NCBI GenBank assembly: GCA_965644265.1
Contig: OZ286461.1
Location: 109,182,001-109,246,000 of the forward strand
Reading direction: 5' to 3'
DNA from: Glycera tridactyla
Lineage: Eukaryota
Length of the DNA: 64,000 nt
Shown: piece after piece, positions 26,815-38,531 of the stretch
How the letters are laid out: each line of letters opens with the position of its first letter
How positions within the stretch are numbered: position 1 is the first letter of the stretch
Program-made: the position numbers and the translations under genes
Notes under the pieces: generated by a model
Database searches by the model: none
The model's input: only the letters and a program-made list of their open reading frames with translations
What the model was told of the DNA's origin: nothing

Positions 26815-27280
26815 CATGCACATGGCAGCAAAGCATTCTCTGCTGATTATTTTGGTTTTTAGATCATGAAAATCGGACCATTATTAGTGGAGCATAATGT
26901 TTGTATGGAGTTCTAGTAGCCTTCAGTCACCAGTTGCTTGGGTTTGTTGACCAACAAAATCTTGGTAGAAGTGCTCCCAGTCAGGCTTTCAGTGTTTTTG
27001 GTCGTGAGCCAATCACATGCCTGCATTTGGTACTGTTTGACAATTTGCTCTGGGCCAGAAAAAGGTGTGAATGGAAGTATCACAACCAAAAACACTGAAC
27101 ACCTGACCGGGAGCATTTCTACCAAGATTTTGTCGATCAACAAACCCAAACAACTGCTGACTGAAGGCTACTAGAACTCCATAAACACATTGTGATTTAT
27201 CTCCACTAATCCTGGTCCGTTTTTCATGATCTGAAAGCCAAAATAATCAGCCGAGAATGCTTTCTGCAGTCATTTACATG
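26815..27280. mobile_element. Foldback (long inverted repeat) element, arms ~190 bp, spacer 72 bp
   Basis: Arms 26815-27007 and 27080-27280 are diverged reverse complements, which explains the mirror-image ORFs 26913-27149(-) and 26938-27174(+). A one-armed copy lies at ~21270-21545. Confidence 0.85.
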
Positions 27281-30200
27281 ACTCATGACTGCGGTCATTC
27301 ACATTCCTGAAGAATTGGATTGGCAAGAGGGCTGCTAGGTTTGCTCGGAACCATGTGTGATTCATAGGGATTGCTGGGAAGATGAATTTTTTTTCGTGAT
27401 TTCAGACTCAATGACATAATGTGAGAGAACATCAGATGCTTACTATTTGGTGATTAGATGGTGGAAATCCAACCGGAGCCAGTGGAGATACATAAATTGT
27501 GCAGTTGATTCTACATGATTGCCATTTTTGGACATAAAAGTGCATTTTTATCACAAAAATCAACCATAGCGCAGTTGTCACAGATCACTCAACTTTTATG
27601 AACTTCACACAATAGAGAGCTTGGCTACATGCAGTATTTTTGAAGTCCTTGGATGTATAATTGACTGGAAATAGCCCTCATTTGTTTTGACTTTTATACG
27701 TCATCGTTATTTTGTTGCCAGCAGTTTGGGATGCATCACGAGTGAAGTAAGCCTTGGGATATTTTCGCAACATTTTCAAGATGCATCTGTTGGTTTTCAT
27801 CATCATTTTTGTGTTAGTCTCTCATCATATCAATTCTTTACACCCATTTCACTGGTCCTTAAGTTTGAAAACACTTAAAGAAGATCAGGAGGTGAATTTT
27901 AGTTATTATAGGTAAGCATCATTTTATGTGATAACAATTAGTAAAGCATCGTTTATCATATTGAAATGGAGGTGCCTTTCCTTTGATGTGGCAATGTCTG
28001 CATGTTGGTTAATTACCACAGAATTTATTATATACAATACTCATATGATTATCTTATGGCTGTTGAATCAAAAAGTGTTGAGATCCTGGCAGGAAGTAGG
28101 GAAAATTCATTGTCCATTGAATTTGAAATCAAAATGGTGATCTGAAATATGAATGTGGGTGTAAATCTTTGAAATGTATGAGCGCAAGAAAACATTCTTG
28201 GTTGAGAACACTCTTTTTTTCTGATTAGGGAGCATTTGGCAGATGATTGTCATGATATTCACTGTACATTAAAAATGACAGCTGAAAATAAAACCAATGT
28301 GTGATATATTTCAGAGAATGGTGCAACACATATGACTCCATGCCGCATTGGATATTAGGCCATTTTGATGTATTATAATACATTCAGATATTGGAAGAGC
28401 AGATGTGGGTGATTTGAAAGAAATGATGGGAATCGATAAAACTATTGTTAACTTGAGAGCAGCTGTTGCCTGCCGGCAGAGAATACAATGACCACGCTGA
28501 CTGTGTAAAATATAAGCCATCCTGTACCCTGCTATATGACAGTGCTGCAGTGAGACTTGCTATGAGAGACCGCCCTAAATTTCACCAAAAAGTGGTCTCT
28601 ATCGAGGTGGTCTCTTGCCAGAGGTATGACATATAGATAGTCGAATAAGAATGCTGCCCCGGAAAAGTGGTCATTTGTCAAGATGTCTTTTTTTTGCAGG
28701 TTTCACTGTAGCCGATGTTTCAGGACATTTCAGGTCCATCGATGTGTTAGTGAAACAGTAAGTTAGTGAAACAAATTTTATATGGATGTAGGGTGACCTG
28801 GATACTATTTATACATGTATTGAATACGAGAGTGTTGAGGTTGTTGGTCGGTTAAGAGACATGATTTTTAGCAACTGCGCCAGGAATCGTCAATGTGATT
28901 TCGTTTATATGTTCATATATCTATGCAAAAAAATTTTTTGCTGTGAATTACATAGATTTTTGCCTTCGGTTTGGGACCCAGGAGGAGGAGTCCTGTATTA
29001 TCCCACCCAAGCTCATTGCAGGGGCCTCAAAATATAGCACAATAGAGCTGACATGACGTTAAACCAGAACAAACCAACCAACTAATCCATACATGTGAAA
29101 AAGAGAGATTTTTCTGTTATAGGAAGTTTTTAGTCTGTTACCCTATCGGCAACTTCAAACATACATTCCTGACGTACTTAACCAGTGGTAAGCAGGTGCT
29201 GAGTGGGATCCTTATCTTGGTGCCCATCAGTTGATCCATCGTTTATCTTGGTCAAACAGTATGTTATGCATCATGGGACAAACTGATCACAGGCTATCTG
29301 TGTTATCACTCATCAATCCATTTTATCATAGTTCATCAGTTATCAGAATGACATTGATCACATGCTCACTTGTATTTCTAACACCTTGATATAGTGAAAC
29401 CTGCTGTGTAGAGCCCTAATGAAAGACCCTGTCTAGTAAAACCATCATCCATGATAACTTTGTTAATGACATAGTCAAATATGCCTCTATTTACAGAGAC
29501 CCTTTTTGTAGGACCAGTTCTTTATGACATTCAAGGCAGTCTCATAGCCGGTTCCGCTGTACCATATGTTTGACAAATCACATAAACGAAAAAGTTTGCA
29601 TGGTAAAAGCATGTATTTATGTGTAGATCCTCTATTTTCTCTAGTACCTATGCTGTGTTGTGTGATATGGTCGAAATAAAGTTGTTATGAATTTCATCTG
29701 ATTTGATCTGATGTGATAGCCCATCAAAAATTACGCGAAAAAATTCATGCCGAGAAAAGATTAAACCATACTCATGCATTACAATGACCATATATGCAGA
29801 ACCATGAACAACCATGGTTGAGTTGGGCAGGTCTGCAGTGAAATACCAGTTTGGGGTTTCCATTGGTTTAAAATAAGTTTCAAATTGTAACTGACTAGCA
29901 CAAAGTGGAGTGTGCTCTGGTACTTTCTTTCATTCATTATTGTCAAATACAATTCTGATACATCAGTTCCATATTTCAAAGATGGCAGTGTGAAGGTGAG
30001 TACATGTGCATGTATATGAATTTCACACCGGGGAATTGTAGTCGGCTGCCCTTGGCCATGTGCATTGATACAAACAAATCACATGATGGCTACAATTAAT
30101 TCACGAGCTTTCTGATTCCCACCATCTTCTGTTCAGGGTTAATGAGTGTTGGCTGTAGGAGACAGAACATCCAACTTCCATAGATGAGGAACATAATACA

Positions 30201-32038
30201 TGTACTTTGGATTGATACATGCTATTTGATCCAGAGCAATCAGTCAACCTCTGCCTAATGAGCACACAATTGATCACTAATTTCCATATGATTTTTTTTC
30301 AGAATANNNNNNNNNNNNNNNNNNNNNNNNNNNNNNNNNNNNNNNNNNNNNNNNNNNNNNNNNNNNNNNNNNNNNNNNNNNNNNNNNNNNNNNNNNNNNN
30401 NNNNNNNNNNNNNNNNNNNNNNNNNNNNNNNNNNNNNNNNNNNNNNNNNNNNNNNNNNNNNNNNNNNNNNNNNNNNNNNNNNNNNNNNNNNNNNTTACCA
30501 CTAAGTGGTGAATAATCGTAATCATTCCACGAATATATTTTGGTTATTTGTTTATCATTCGTATCACATCGGTGATATAATTGAGGTCTAGGAAATTACC
30601 CTAGTTGAATCCACTTATTGAGCATCAAACTTCCTCAAGCACCAACGTATGGATTTTTTACTGGATTGTACATGTATGTGACTTCCATTCATCCATATCC
30701 AACTACATCCTGTCTCGATCACCTGCTTTATGCCCTCCCTAGGAGTAGTTGATGTTATTCAAAACATTGCATGTAGAATGTTGTAGGTACCAAAGAGATG
30801 TTCAAAGAAATTATTTTATTACCTGACAGGCATTTTTGTTTCAATGTGCTAATTGAATATGAGAAATTAATAAACTTGTTGATACATGTATGTAAATGTA
30901 TTTACTCTATAAATCTTGACCTCAAATGTTTCAGTATTTTCATTAATATCATCATGTAGCATCTAAGTGCAGGATGGTGAAGATTGGGGAGCACCTGTTC
31001 TAATTTATTGTTGCTTGAAACCAGCTCCATTATCAAAAGGGTCAATGGTGAGAATGAGGAGGAATATCCAGGATCCAAATTCTTCTCCACTCCATATTGT
31101 TGTCTATGTACATGTACAGTCAAAGCTCTCTATAAAGACCCCCTATGGTTGCATCAAAGTGGCCTCTATAGGGAGGTGGTCTTTATAAGAGGTCATTCAC
31201 TGTTGAAAATACTACCACGGTTGCAGCTCAAGGTGGCTGTATATGACCGACATCACTTTCAGGTTTTACTAATCGTTTTCAGCCACTTACATTAATTCAT
31301 TTTATGGAGCAGCTTCTTGTATATTATGAAATGTAGTTGAGAGGTATGTTCGAATAGACTGCTACTTCCTCTCGACTACCTTTCATGTTCCTGGCCATAC
31401 ATGTTCAGGCTTTGTGAAGGTTATTCTTGCCAGAGCACAGAGCGCTCAGATTCAGAACACAACACTAAATTTCCTTGGTTAAATGGTGCGGCGAACCCCC
31501 AATCAATCAACTACACTGTTCTGTATTTTGAGATGTATGAACATCTAATTGTCTCAAAGCGATTACAAATCTACACCTTTTGCTAGGGACATTAGAGTAT
31601 TGTTGCATGATTCCATGCACATTAATTGCATGTGTGTCTCACTATACTCTAAAAAACCTGCGATGAGACTGCCCTGAATGTCATCCAAAAGTGGTCTCTC
31701 AAGAGAGATGGTTTCTCTTCAGAGGTATATTCGACTTTATCAAATGGGAAAGCTGCCCTGAAAACCGGTCTCGTTGGAAGTGGTCTCCCATCGGGAGTCT
31801 TGTCGCAGGTTTCACTTTAAATGTATTTTGGGTGGGTGCTGACAACACATTCATCAGCCAACTGACATCACACAACGTGGGCACTAGGCACGCAAATTCT
31901 TGCTTACTACAACTTCAACTGGGTTCACTGGGAATCATGATGGCGTTGTAGTACAAACATCTGACACCCATTATTGTAAGTTGGTTTGAATTTGATGGTT
32001 CATATCTGGACACTAGTTATCTCCAAACTCAACAAGTA

Positions 32039-32544
32039 CAGTGAAAATTGTGACAGGAGACCACCTCTGGCGGGAGACCGCTTTTCCAGGGGAGCATATC
32101 TACAGTTGAACCTGCTATAAAGGGCACCGGTATTAAGCAACCACTTTTGAAAATCCCTTCAGAGTATTTCTCACTATAATCAACATGTATTAGACAACCA
32201 CCTGTATTAAGCAGCCACTTTTCACTGTCCCAAGGGTGGTTGCTGAATACAGGTTTGACTGTATTTGACATAGTCGAACATACAGTCGCACCTCCTCTAA
32301 AGACCACCTCTCTATAAAGACCACCTCCCTATAAAGACCGCCCTGAACTGCGACCATGGTAGTATTTTCAACAGTAAATGACCTCTCTTATAAAGACCAC
32401 CTCCCTATAAAGGCCACTTTTCTTATGCGACCGAAGGCGGTCTTTATAGGGAGGTTCGACTGTATCTCTGATGAGAGACCACCTCTTTTGAGAAACCACT
32501 TTTTTGGTGACATTTAGGGTGGTCTCTTGTCGAAGGTTTCACTG
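32039..32544. mobile_element. Three nested pogo-type MITEs (host 32039-32544; inserts 32103-32261 and 32283-32462)
   Basis: Each insert has CAGT...ACTG ends with TA on both sides. Removing them restores the host consensus seen at ~8670-8827 and 38703-38856. Confidence 0.85.
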
Positions 32545-34626
32545 TCCAACCATACCAGGCTTGAATGTCAGCTTGCAGCCAGTCAAATAAATTGGAAAGT
32601 TCGTTCAGGTTCATATGATGCAAATGGAGGTGTGTATGAACTGTCAGCTGCTTCTATGTGACAATAAGTTTGGTTCTCCGTCATCTTGTATTGAATGATG
32701 CCTGTAAAGGACAAAACATGCAGCTTCCATAGATTAGCAACAGGGCATACATTATCCCTTGGATTTATATATGCTGTTAGATACCAACCAACCAACAAAC
32801 CAGCCAACCAACAAACCAGTATGTCATATGCATTTGAAGAGGACTCATGACAGTGTATTCCAAATGAATGAGTAGTGCATGTACTTAGTGTGCAGCTGGC
32901 AAAACTGGTGATCCTATTTGTTGAAATAAATGTGTTATTTCATTTGAGGATAATCTTTGTCTTAATTCTGCTTCAGAGGTATATATCATCTTGAATATAC
33001 GGGTCCCATATTGCAGAGGAGTCTTGAATGATCCCACCATGGGTGTCTCATTATAGCCCAGATGGTACTAATGAGACGTAAAACAATCAACCGACCAGAG
33101 GTAATCTATCACCTATATCAATAAAAAGACACCGTGTGTGTCTGTGATTTTCTCCTCCCATTGGTAACCCGGAAGGAAGTCTTGAATGATCCTGCCCATA
33201 CCCAATGCCTTTGCGTCTCAACATAGCCTGAATGGGGTTCACAGGATGTAAAACAACCAACCAATTCGTCATTTGTATCGGTGTTGATGTTGTTTAGTGG
33301 GTCACTCCACCGGTGTCTAGTCCACACAGGATCAATCAACCAATTAGTAGTTCTACCTACAGTCATACCTTTTCGAGAGACCACCTTAGTATTTTCAACA
33401 CTAAATGACCTATAAATGCCACCCTTATGTGGCCAAAGGTGGCCTTTATGAACAGGTTGGAATGTATTTGAGTTTATATGAACTGTGGTAAGTCAAGGCC
33501 AGCAAATCCTAATGAGATGGGTATTACTTTAGAGATAACATGACTGCAGCACAGATTTAACATTATACACCCAAGATCACTCGTGTCAGTTCATAATCCA
33601 GGGTGTCTGTTGGGAGCAATGGCCACACAGTCTGTGCGAGTTGAATATCTGTGCGAGTTGAAGATCAATGTGAGCTATTCTAGAGTTGGCATGTCATCTT
33701 GATTTTGAAGACTATCCAGAATGACACCTTGAATACCTATGGGTATATCATTCCCCCTATAGGCCTGGGGCTCTAAACAGTGATACCAATTGGATGAAGC
33801 TGAATTTTCGAAAATATGGAAACATTTTCTGAAACTACCCCCAAATATCATTTCGGAAAATTGGGACCACTTTCTAAAGAATGAGACTCCATGGTATTAT
33901 TGGTGGGGGGGGGAGGGTTTTGAAATCCACACACTCAAGCCCAAAATGAGGTGTCAATAAACATTCCGCGAGTCCAATCTGGGCGGTACCAACTCGTCCA
34001 ACATAAGGGAAGAGGGGAGGAGGCAGATCCCATGAGAACATTCTGGGCTATATTGATACACACATACAATAGAGGGTGTGAACATTTATCAAATTCAAGC
34101 TCAATTATGTGTGGCACAATAAAGCACCAGTGCTGCTTATGTGACATGAAACTATGACCAACAATTATTTAGTTTTCCAACAGAGATTTCAAAATTTCAG
34201 ATGTGAAAGCTAACTTTCAAGCATGATAGACAATTTTCGTCCTCAAATGGAGGTTTTTATGCCAAAGAAAACAAGTTCATGAGAATATCACAGGAATAGA
34301 AAGAGATTGGCAAGAATGTTCAATGCTGCTTTGTGAAACAAAAAATGAATAAATCATGAATCAATAACATAGAGGATTTTTAATATGTAAATATAGTTTA
34401 TTCAACCAGCAAGGACTTCCAATTTATAAATAGCAACACCATATATCAATATATCAATGTTCCTTGTCAAGCAAAAACGCTGGCATTACAGCCGCTTGGT
34501 GCCTGCCTACCCCCCCCCCCCCCCCCCCCCCCCCCCTAGTCAGCTAACGGAAAGCACAATGACAGTACACCATCAGACACAGAACAACGCCTTTGCTGAT
34601 CACGAGATGATACCAATGTATCACAT

Positions 34627-37600
34627 CTATGTAATATCAACCTTCGGAAATGTGAAATCATGCTCATCCATCTGGAACGATGGGAGTAGATGTAGTTTGT
34701 CTGGATATCTGGTGTTGATGTCCAAAAATGTCACGGGTGAAATACAATCCTGCGCTAAATACATCAACTTTGAAACAAACAGATTAGCTTCACCCTGGAC
34801 ATTTCGAGACAACCAATTAACAATCAAAGTAACATCTTGTTGACTGAGAATATATAAGTAGTGAGACGGCGGGGACAGCTAAGGTTGCACACATTCAACA
34901 AACTCTCTGCAATCTCATTCACATTATGAGAAGCAGGCCACACAACATTTGTGATGACTTTTGTTGGATCAATTCATGACACAAGTGTACTTCACTGAAA
35001 AATCTAAATTTCCAAGCCCCCCTCATGGTAAATCCTCTGTTGTTTTGTGTCATAATGTGCTGGATAGATGTGATATCATCAACCCAAAAAACCTCACCCC
35101 ACCTCCGAACCCTACCATAACCCCAACAGAGAATTCAGGGAGGTTGCATGTACTTGCTATGCCATCTGACATATACATGTACTATGCATCCTGACACCTT
35201 GCAATTACCAACAGGGCATCAATAAGCAGGTATGAGGAGCCTCATCACAATCAAGAGTCCCCAGTAAGCAAAGCAGTTTCGGTGGTTTTTTGTTAATTGA
35301 AACTTGACCATCACATGAAGAGCATTGGGTCCACAGCTTTAAGCACCTTAATACATACTCACTGGATCTTTTTCATCACAACTATCAGCTCTCAATACAG
35401 GCAACGGTCACAAAAAGTGCATGCTGGTAGGTAATTCACTTGACCTATTGACCCATTTCATGTGAACTAGTTGGAGTTACCTGGTAGGCATCTCCTATCC
35501 AAGCTTTTACAACACTACATGTAAAATGCTTTGTATACTGCCATAGTTTCTGCATATATTCAAGTATGTGTACCTTCCACACAAATTTCTTAAGCTTTAT
35601 CTCATGGGAAATGCACAAGGACTCCAGATATTGATCAACTATGGCTGAATCAAGCCGGGACAAATCCTCATCAGTGAATCACCCAGCAAAAACAGTTTCA
35701 ACTCAGTAAATTTTCTTCACAAAAAATATGAATATTTGAGTTATTTTTTTGTGTTGCCTAATGCACTCCTTTACCACATGCTGAAAAATCCTGAAGTTTG
35801 GCAAACATCATGATGGAGATTCCTACCCTAATCTATATATGATGAGCAATCATCTCAAATGCTGACTATATGCATACATGTTAACCAGACAAACACAACC
35901 AGGCATTCAATAAATAAAGACATATTATTTACTTCATCATACACAAGAATATTGTCAGGCAGAGTTAGGCTTTTTCAATATTCAATAGAGCAGGGAACTG
36001 GTCACAATTTGGCAATTGAAAATTGCTCGAACTTCACCAGTGATATCATAATGCAGCATCTTAGTGCGGGGTTGATTACAATGAGTTACAGTGAGTACTG
36101 CAACAAGTGAAATTTCAGTATCATTTGGTGAAATAACTCAGCTTGGAAACTCTGTACCACATAAATATGCCACTCTTGAAATGATGTAGGCTTGTATATT
36201 TCCCATAGAGATCATGTAAACTAGCTGATCCCATGTTTGACGACAAACTTTCTGATGCTCCCAGTGTTGCAGACAACTAATATTTCCTTCAAAATACAAA
36301 CGGAGAAATAGACAAATGCTAAAAGGGATAGCACACACATGGCAAATACAACGAAAAAACTGAGAGTATGTTGGCTGACACCCTCCTTGTTACGTTCCTG
36401 ATTCTGAGCATCACATATGCATGCACGCACGCACGCATGCACGCACACCAGAGCTTCATGATATTTCATCACAAATCCCATGAAATTTGATGGGATTTGT
36501 GATGAAATATTGCTTGCCTCTTCCACAGCTGAGATTTTTATCTCTAACCAGCATCATTGCAAGAATAGCATGGTCTCGTCACAGTAAATAAGAGAGGATA
36601 ACAGAAATTACAGTTATATAAGCTGAATGTTTACTTTCTCGAGCAAGGTTGTATGGTGGCAGATAATCTGATTAAATTGATAGCGCATCCAGCCAGATAT
36701 GTGGATTCAACATGCCAAGGACAGTTTCATTACATGCAATCTTGATGGGGGGGGGGGGAGCTGCAGATGTATCAGGCCATGTGAAGATCCCAATACCAAT
36801 TCTAGCGATTTTCCAGCAGCAATCAAATCTGTCAATTTTCGACAGCAATCAAGGTCTCAAATAAATAATTCTCCAGGACAGTTAATTGACCTTGTAATTC
36901 CAACTCACCACAATCTGTACTTCTGTCCCTCTCCCAAGTTAGCCTTGAGTAATGGGCATAAGTGCAGTTTGAGCTCTCAATTCCATAGTGGGAGCATGTG
37001 GCATCAAAAATGCCATTATCGATAAGAAACCTCATCTCAATAAACATCAACTTACTTGCCCATGTAGACTAGGAGCCACATTAAAATGTTCCATCCTGCA
37101 CAAATCTGGGGTGGTGTATAGACTGATGGGAAATTTCTCAGCAGTCAATGGTAGGGTACATCATTCAGTTAAGCACAATAATGACAATAATCACAATCTG
37201 GTAATAAGGTTCAATGAAAAGCAGTCCTCAACACAAAAGCTGCCCCACAGGCACAGATTGCTCATTCAAGCAGGTTATCTGTGTATCTGCCTGATGGGCA
37301 AGTCAACGACCATGATTCAGTCTGAAATTCTATGGAACCAGGCAGGTGATGGTTGTTGGTTGGTTCTGGTTTAACATTCCATTGATACCAAATATGCTAT
37401 ATAATAACACCTATGCAATGGGCATGGCTGGGATCTTCCAGACTCCTATACCGGGTCCCTAACCAAAGGAGAAGATTCATTAAATTTACTGACAGTCAAG
37501 GTGTCATTTCTGCATTGAGAATAATAAGTAAGGGAAGGAGAAAATCACACCTCAACTAACTAAAGAACATGCAATGTAAAAGGTTTAGGTTGAGCCCACT

Positions 37601-38531
37601 GAACATTGATGAAATACCCACGATATGTGAATCTAATAAGCCAAAAAGCTCTCATCTGATTTATACAGGGGGTATTGTCAGAGAAAATGCTTGGATGTCT
37701 TCACTGAACATCATCTGAATCATTTCAGGAGAGAACCCAATACATTGTTCATCATCTTCCCCCATCTATTCTCCCCAAAGAACCTTTCTCCACCGGAGCA
37801 GCCATTCATTTCAACTAACCCATTGCATGACCAATACTGCTTGTAGGTTGTAACATTGTGTTCATTTCCAGAATTCCAAGTTATTCAATAAGACATCAAA
37901 GCGACAAACCTTTGATGCACAAAAATACTAATGATGCTAATATTAGTGGAAGTATTTGCAATGATCAAATAAGAATGGCTGTGCATTGAATGCAAAAATT
38001 TATGCCAAAATATGAATCGATACTACAAAATCGTAATGATGGCATCTCAGATTTCAGGATATTCCAAGGGACTATGGATCCAACTTTGACTCCTGAGTTG
38101 AGTTGGGTTGAGATGAGATCAAAGGACAACATGTACATTGTACAAGCATGAGTAAAATGGTACTGCGCACTTCCTTCTTCAGATGGAGAAGATACCCTAC
38201 ACATGTTTCTATTCAGGTTGACAGTTGATCACTCAATAAACATAAATGTGGCATCCAGGTCAGAGTTATGCACTTCCACACACCCTAATAGTAGTGGGTG
38301 TTCTATCACCATCGACTTTTGCAATTCAATTATGTTTATATAGTACATGCCAAGTACATGTAAGCATCAATGCATCTGAACAGGGACTAGGGCCAACACA
38401 CTCTCCCCACCAAATATGGGGAAATCCTACCATCGTGACTTGATCCAAGTAAGAATGTAACATGAGCATGACCCAACGCTGAAGCAGGAGTACAGATGTG
38501 CTTTGTCAGCTCTACGATCTGGTCAATAACT
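34627..38531 (-). CDS. Unidentified protein, partial model; candidate exons 38431..38531, 36158..36286, 35481..35644, 35363..35388, 34627..34843 (stop); 5' part unresolved
   Basis: The last four exons join with compatible phases (1,0,2) into an open frame ...RVAYLCAIVDQYLESLCISHEIKLKKFVWKVHILEYMQKLW...DAYQLIVVMKKIHQQDVTLIVNWLSRN...YPDKLHLLPSFQMDE*. The 35388 acceptor is weak, exon 38431-38531 is not yet linked to the others, and no family was recognised. Confidence 0.45.

Larger units (their letters stand above)
9082..37510. mobile_element. Abundant SINE-like family (consensus AAATGACACCTTGAG...GGGACCCAGAAGGAGGAGTCTTGAATGATCCCACCCATGCCCATTGCATGGGCGTCACAATATAGCCCAGATGGTGCTGACGTGACGTTAAACC(AAC)n); copies at about 9082, 10000-10300, 10780-10985, 11475-11584, 13790-13905, 16470-16625, 17185-17580, 20092, 20912, 21590-21745, 28975-29085, 33012, 33130-33260, 37380-37510 (reverse)
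   Basis: Same ~150-bp motif chain recurs about 14 times with a simple-repeat 3' tail. The range given is only the span of the family. Confidence 0.75.

Noticed and set aside
26913-27174. Pair of similar ORFs on opposite strands
   Set aside because: Artefact of the foldback palindrome.
37600-37900. Protein-like open stretches on the minus strand
   Set aside because: Interrupted by stops in each frame and not bounded by usable splice sites.
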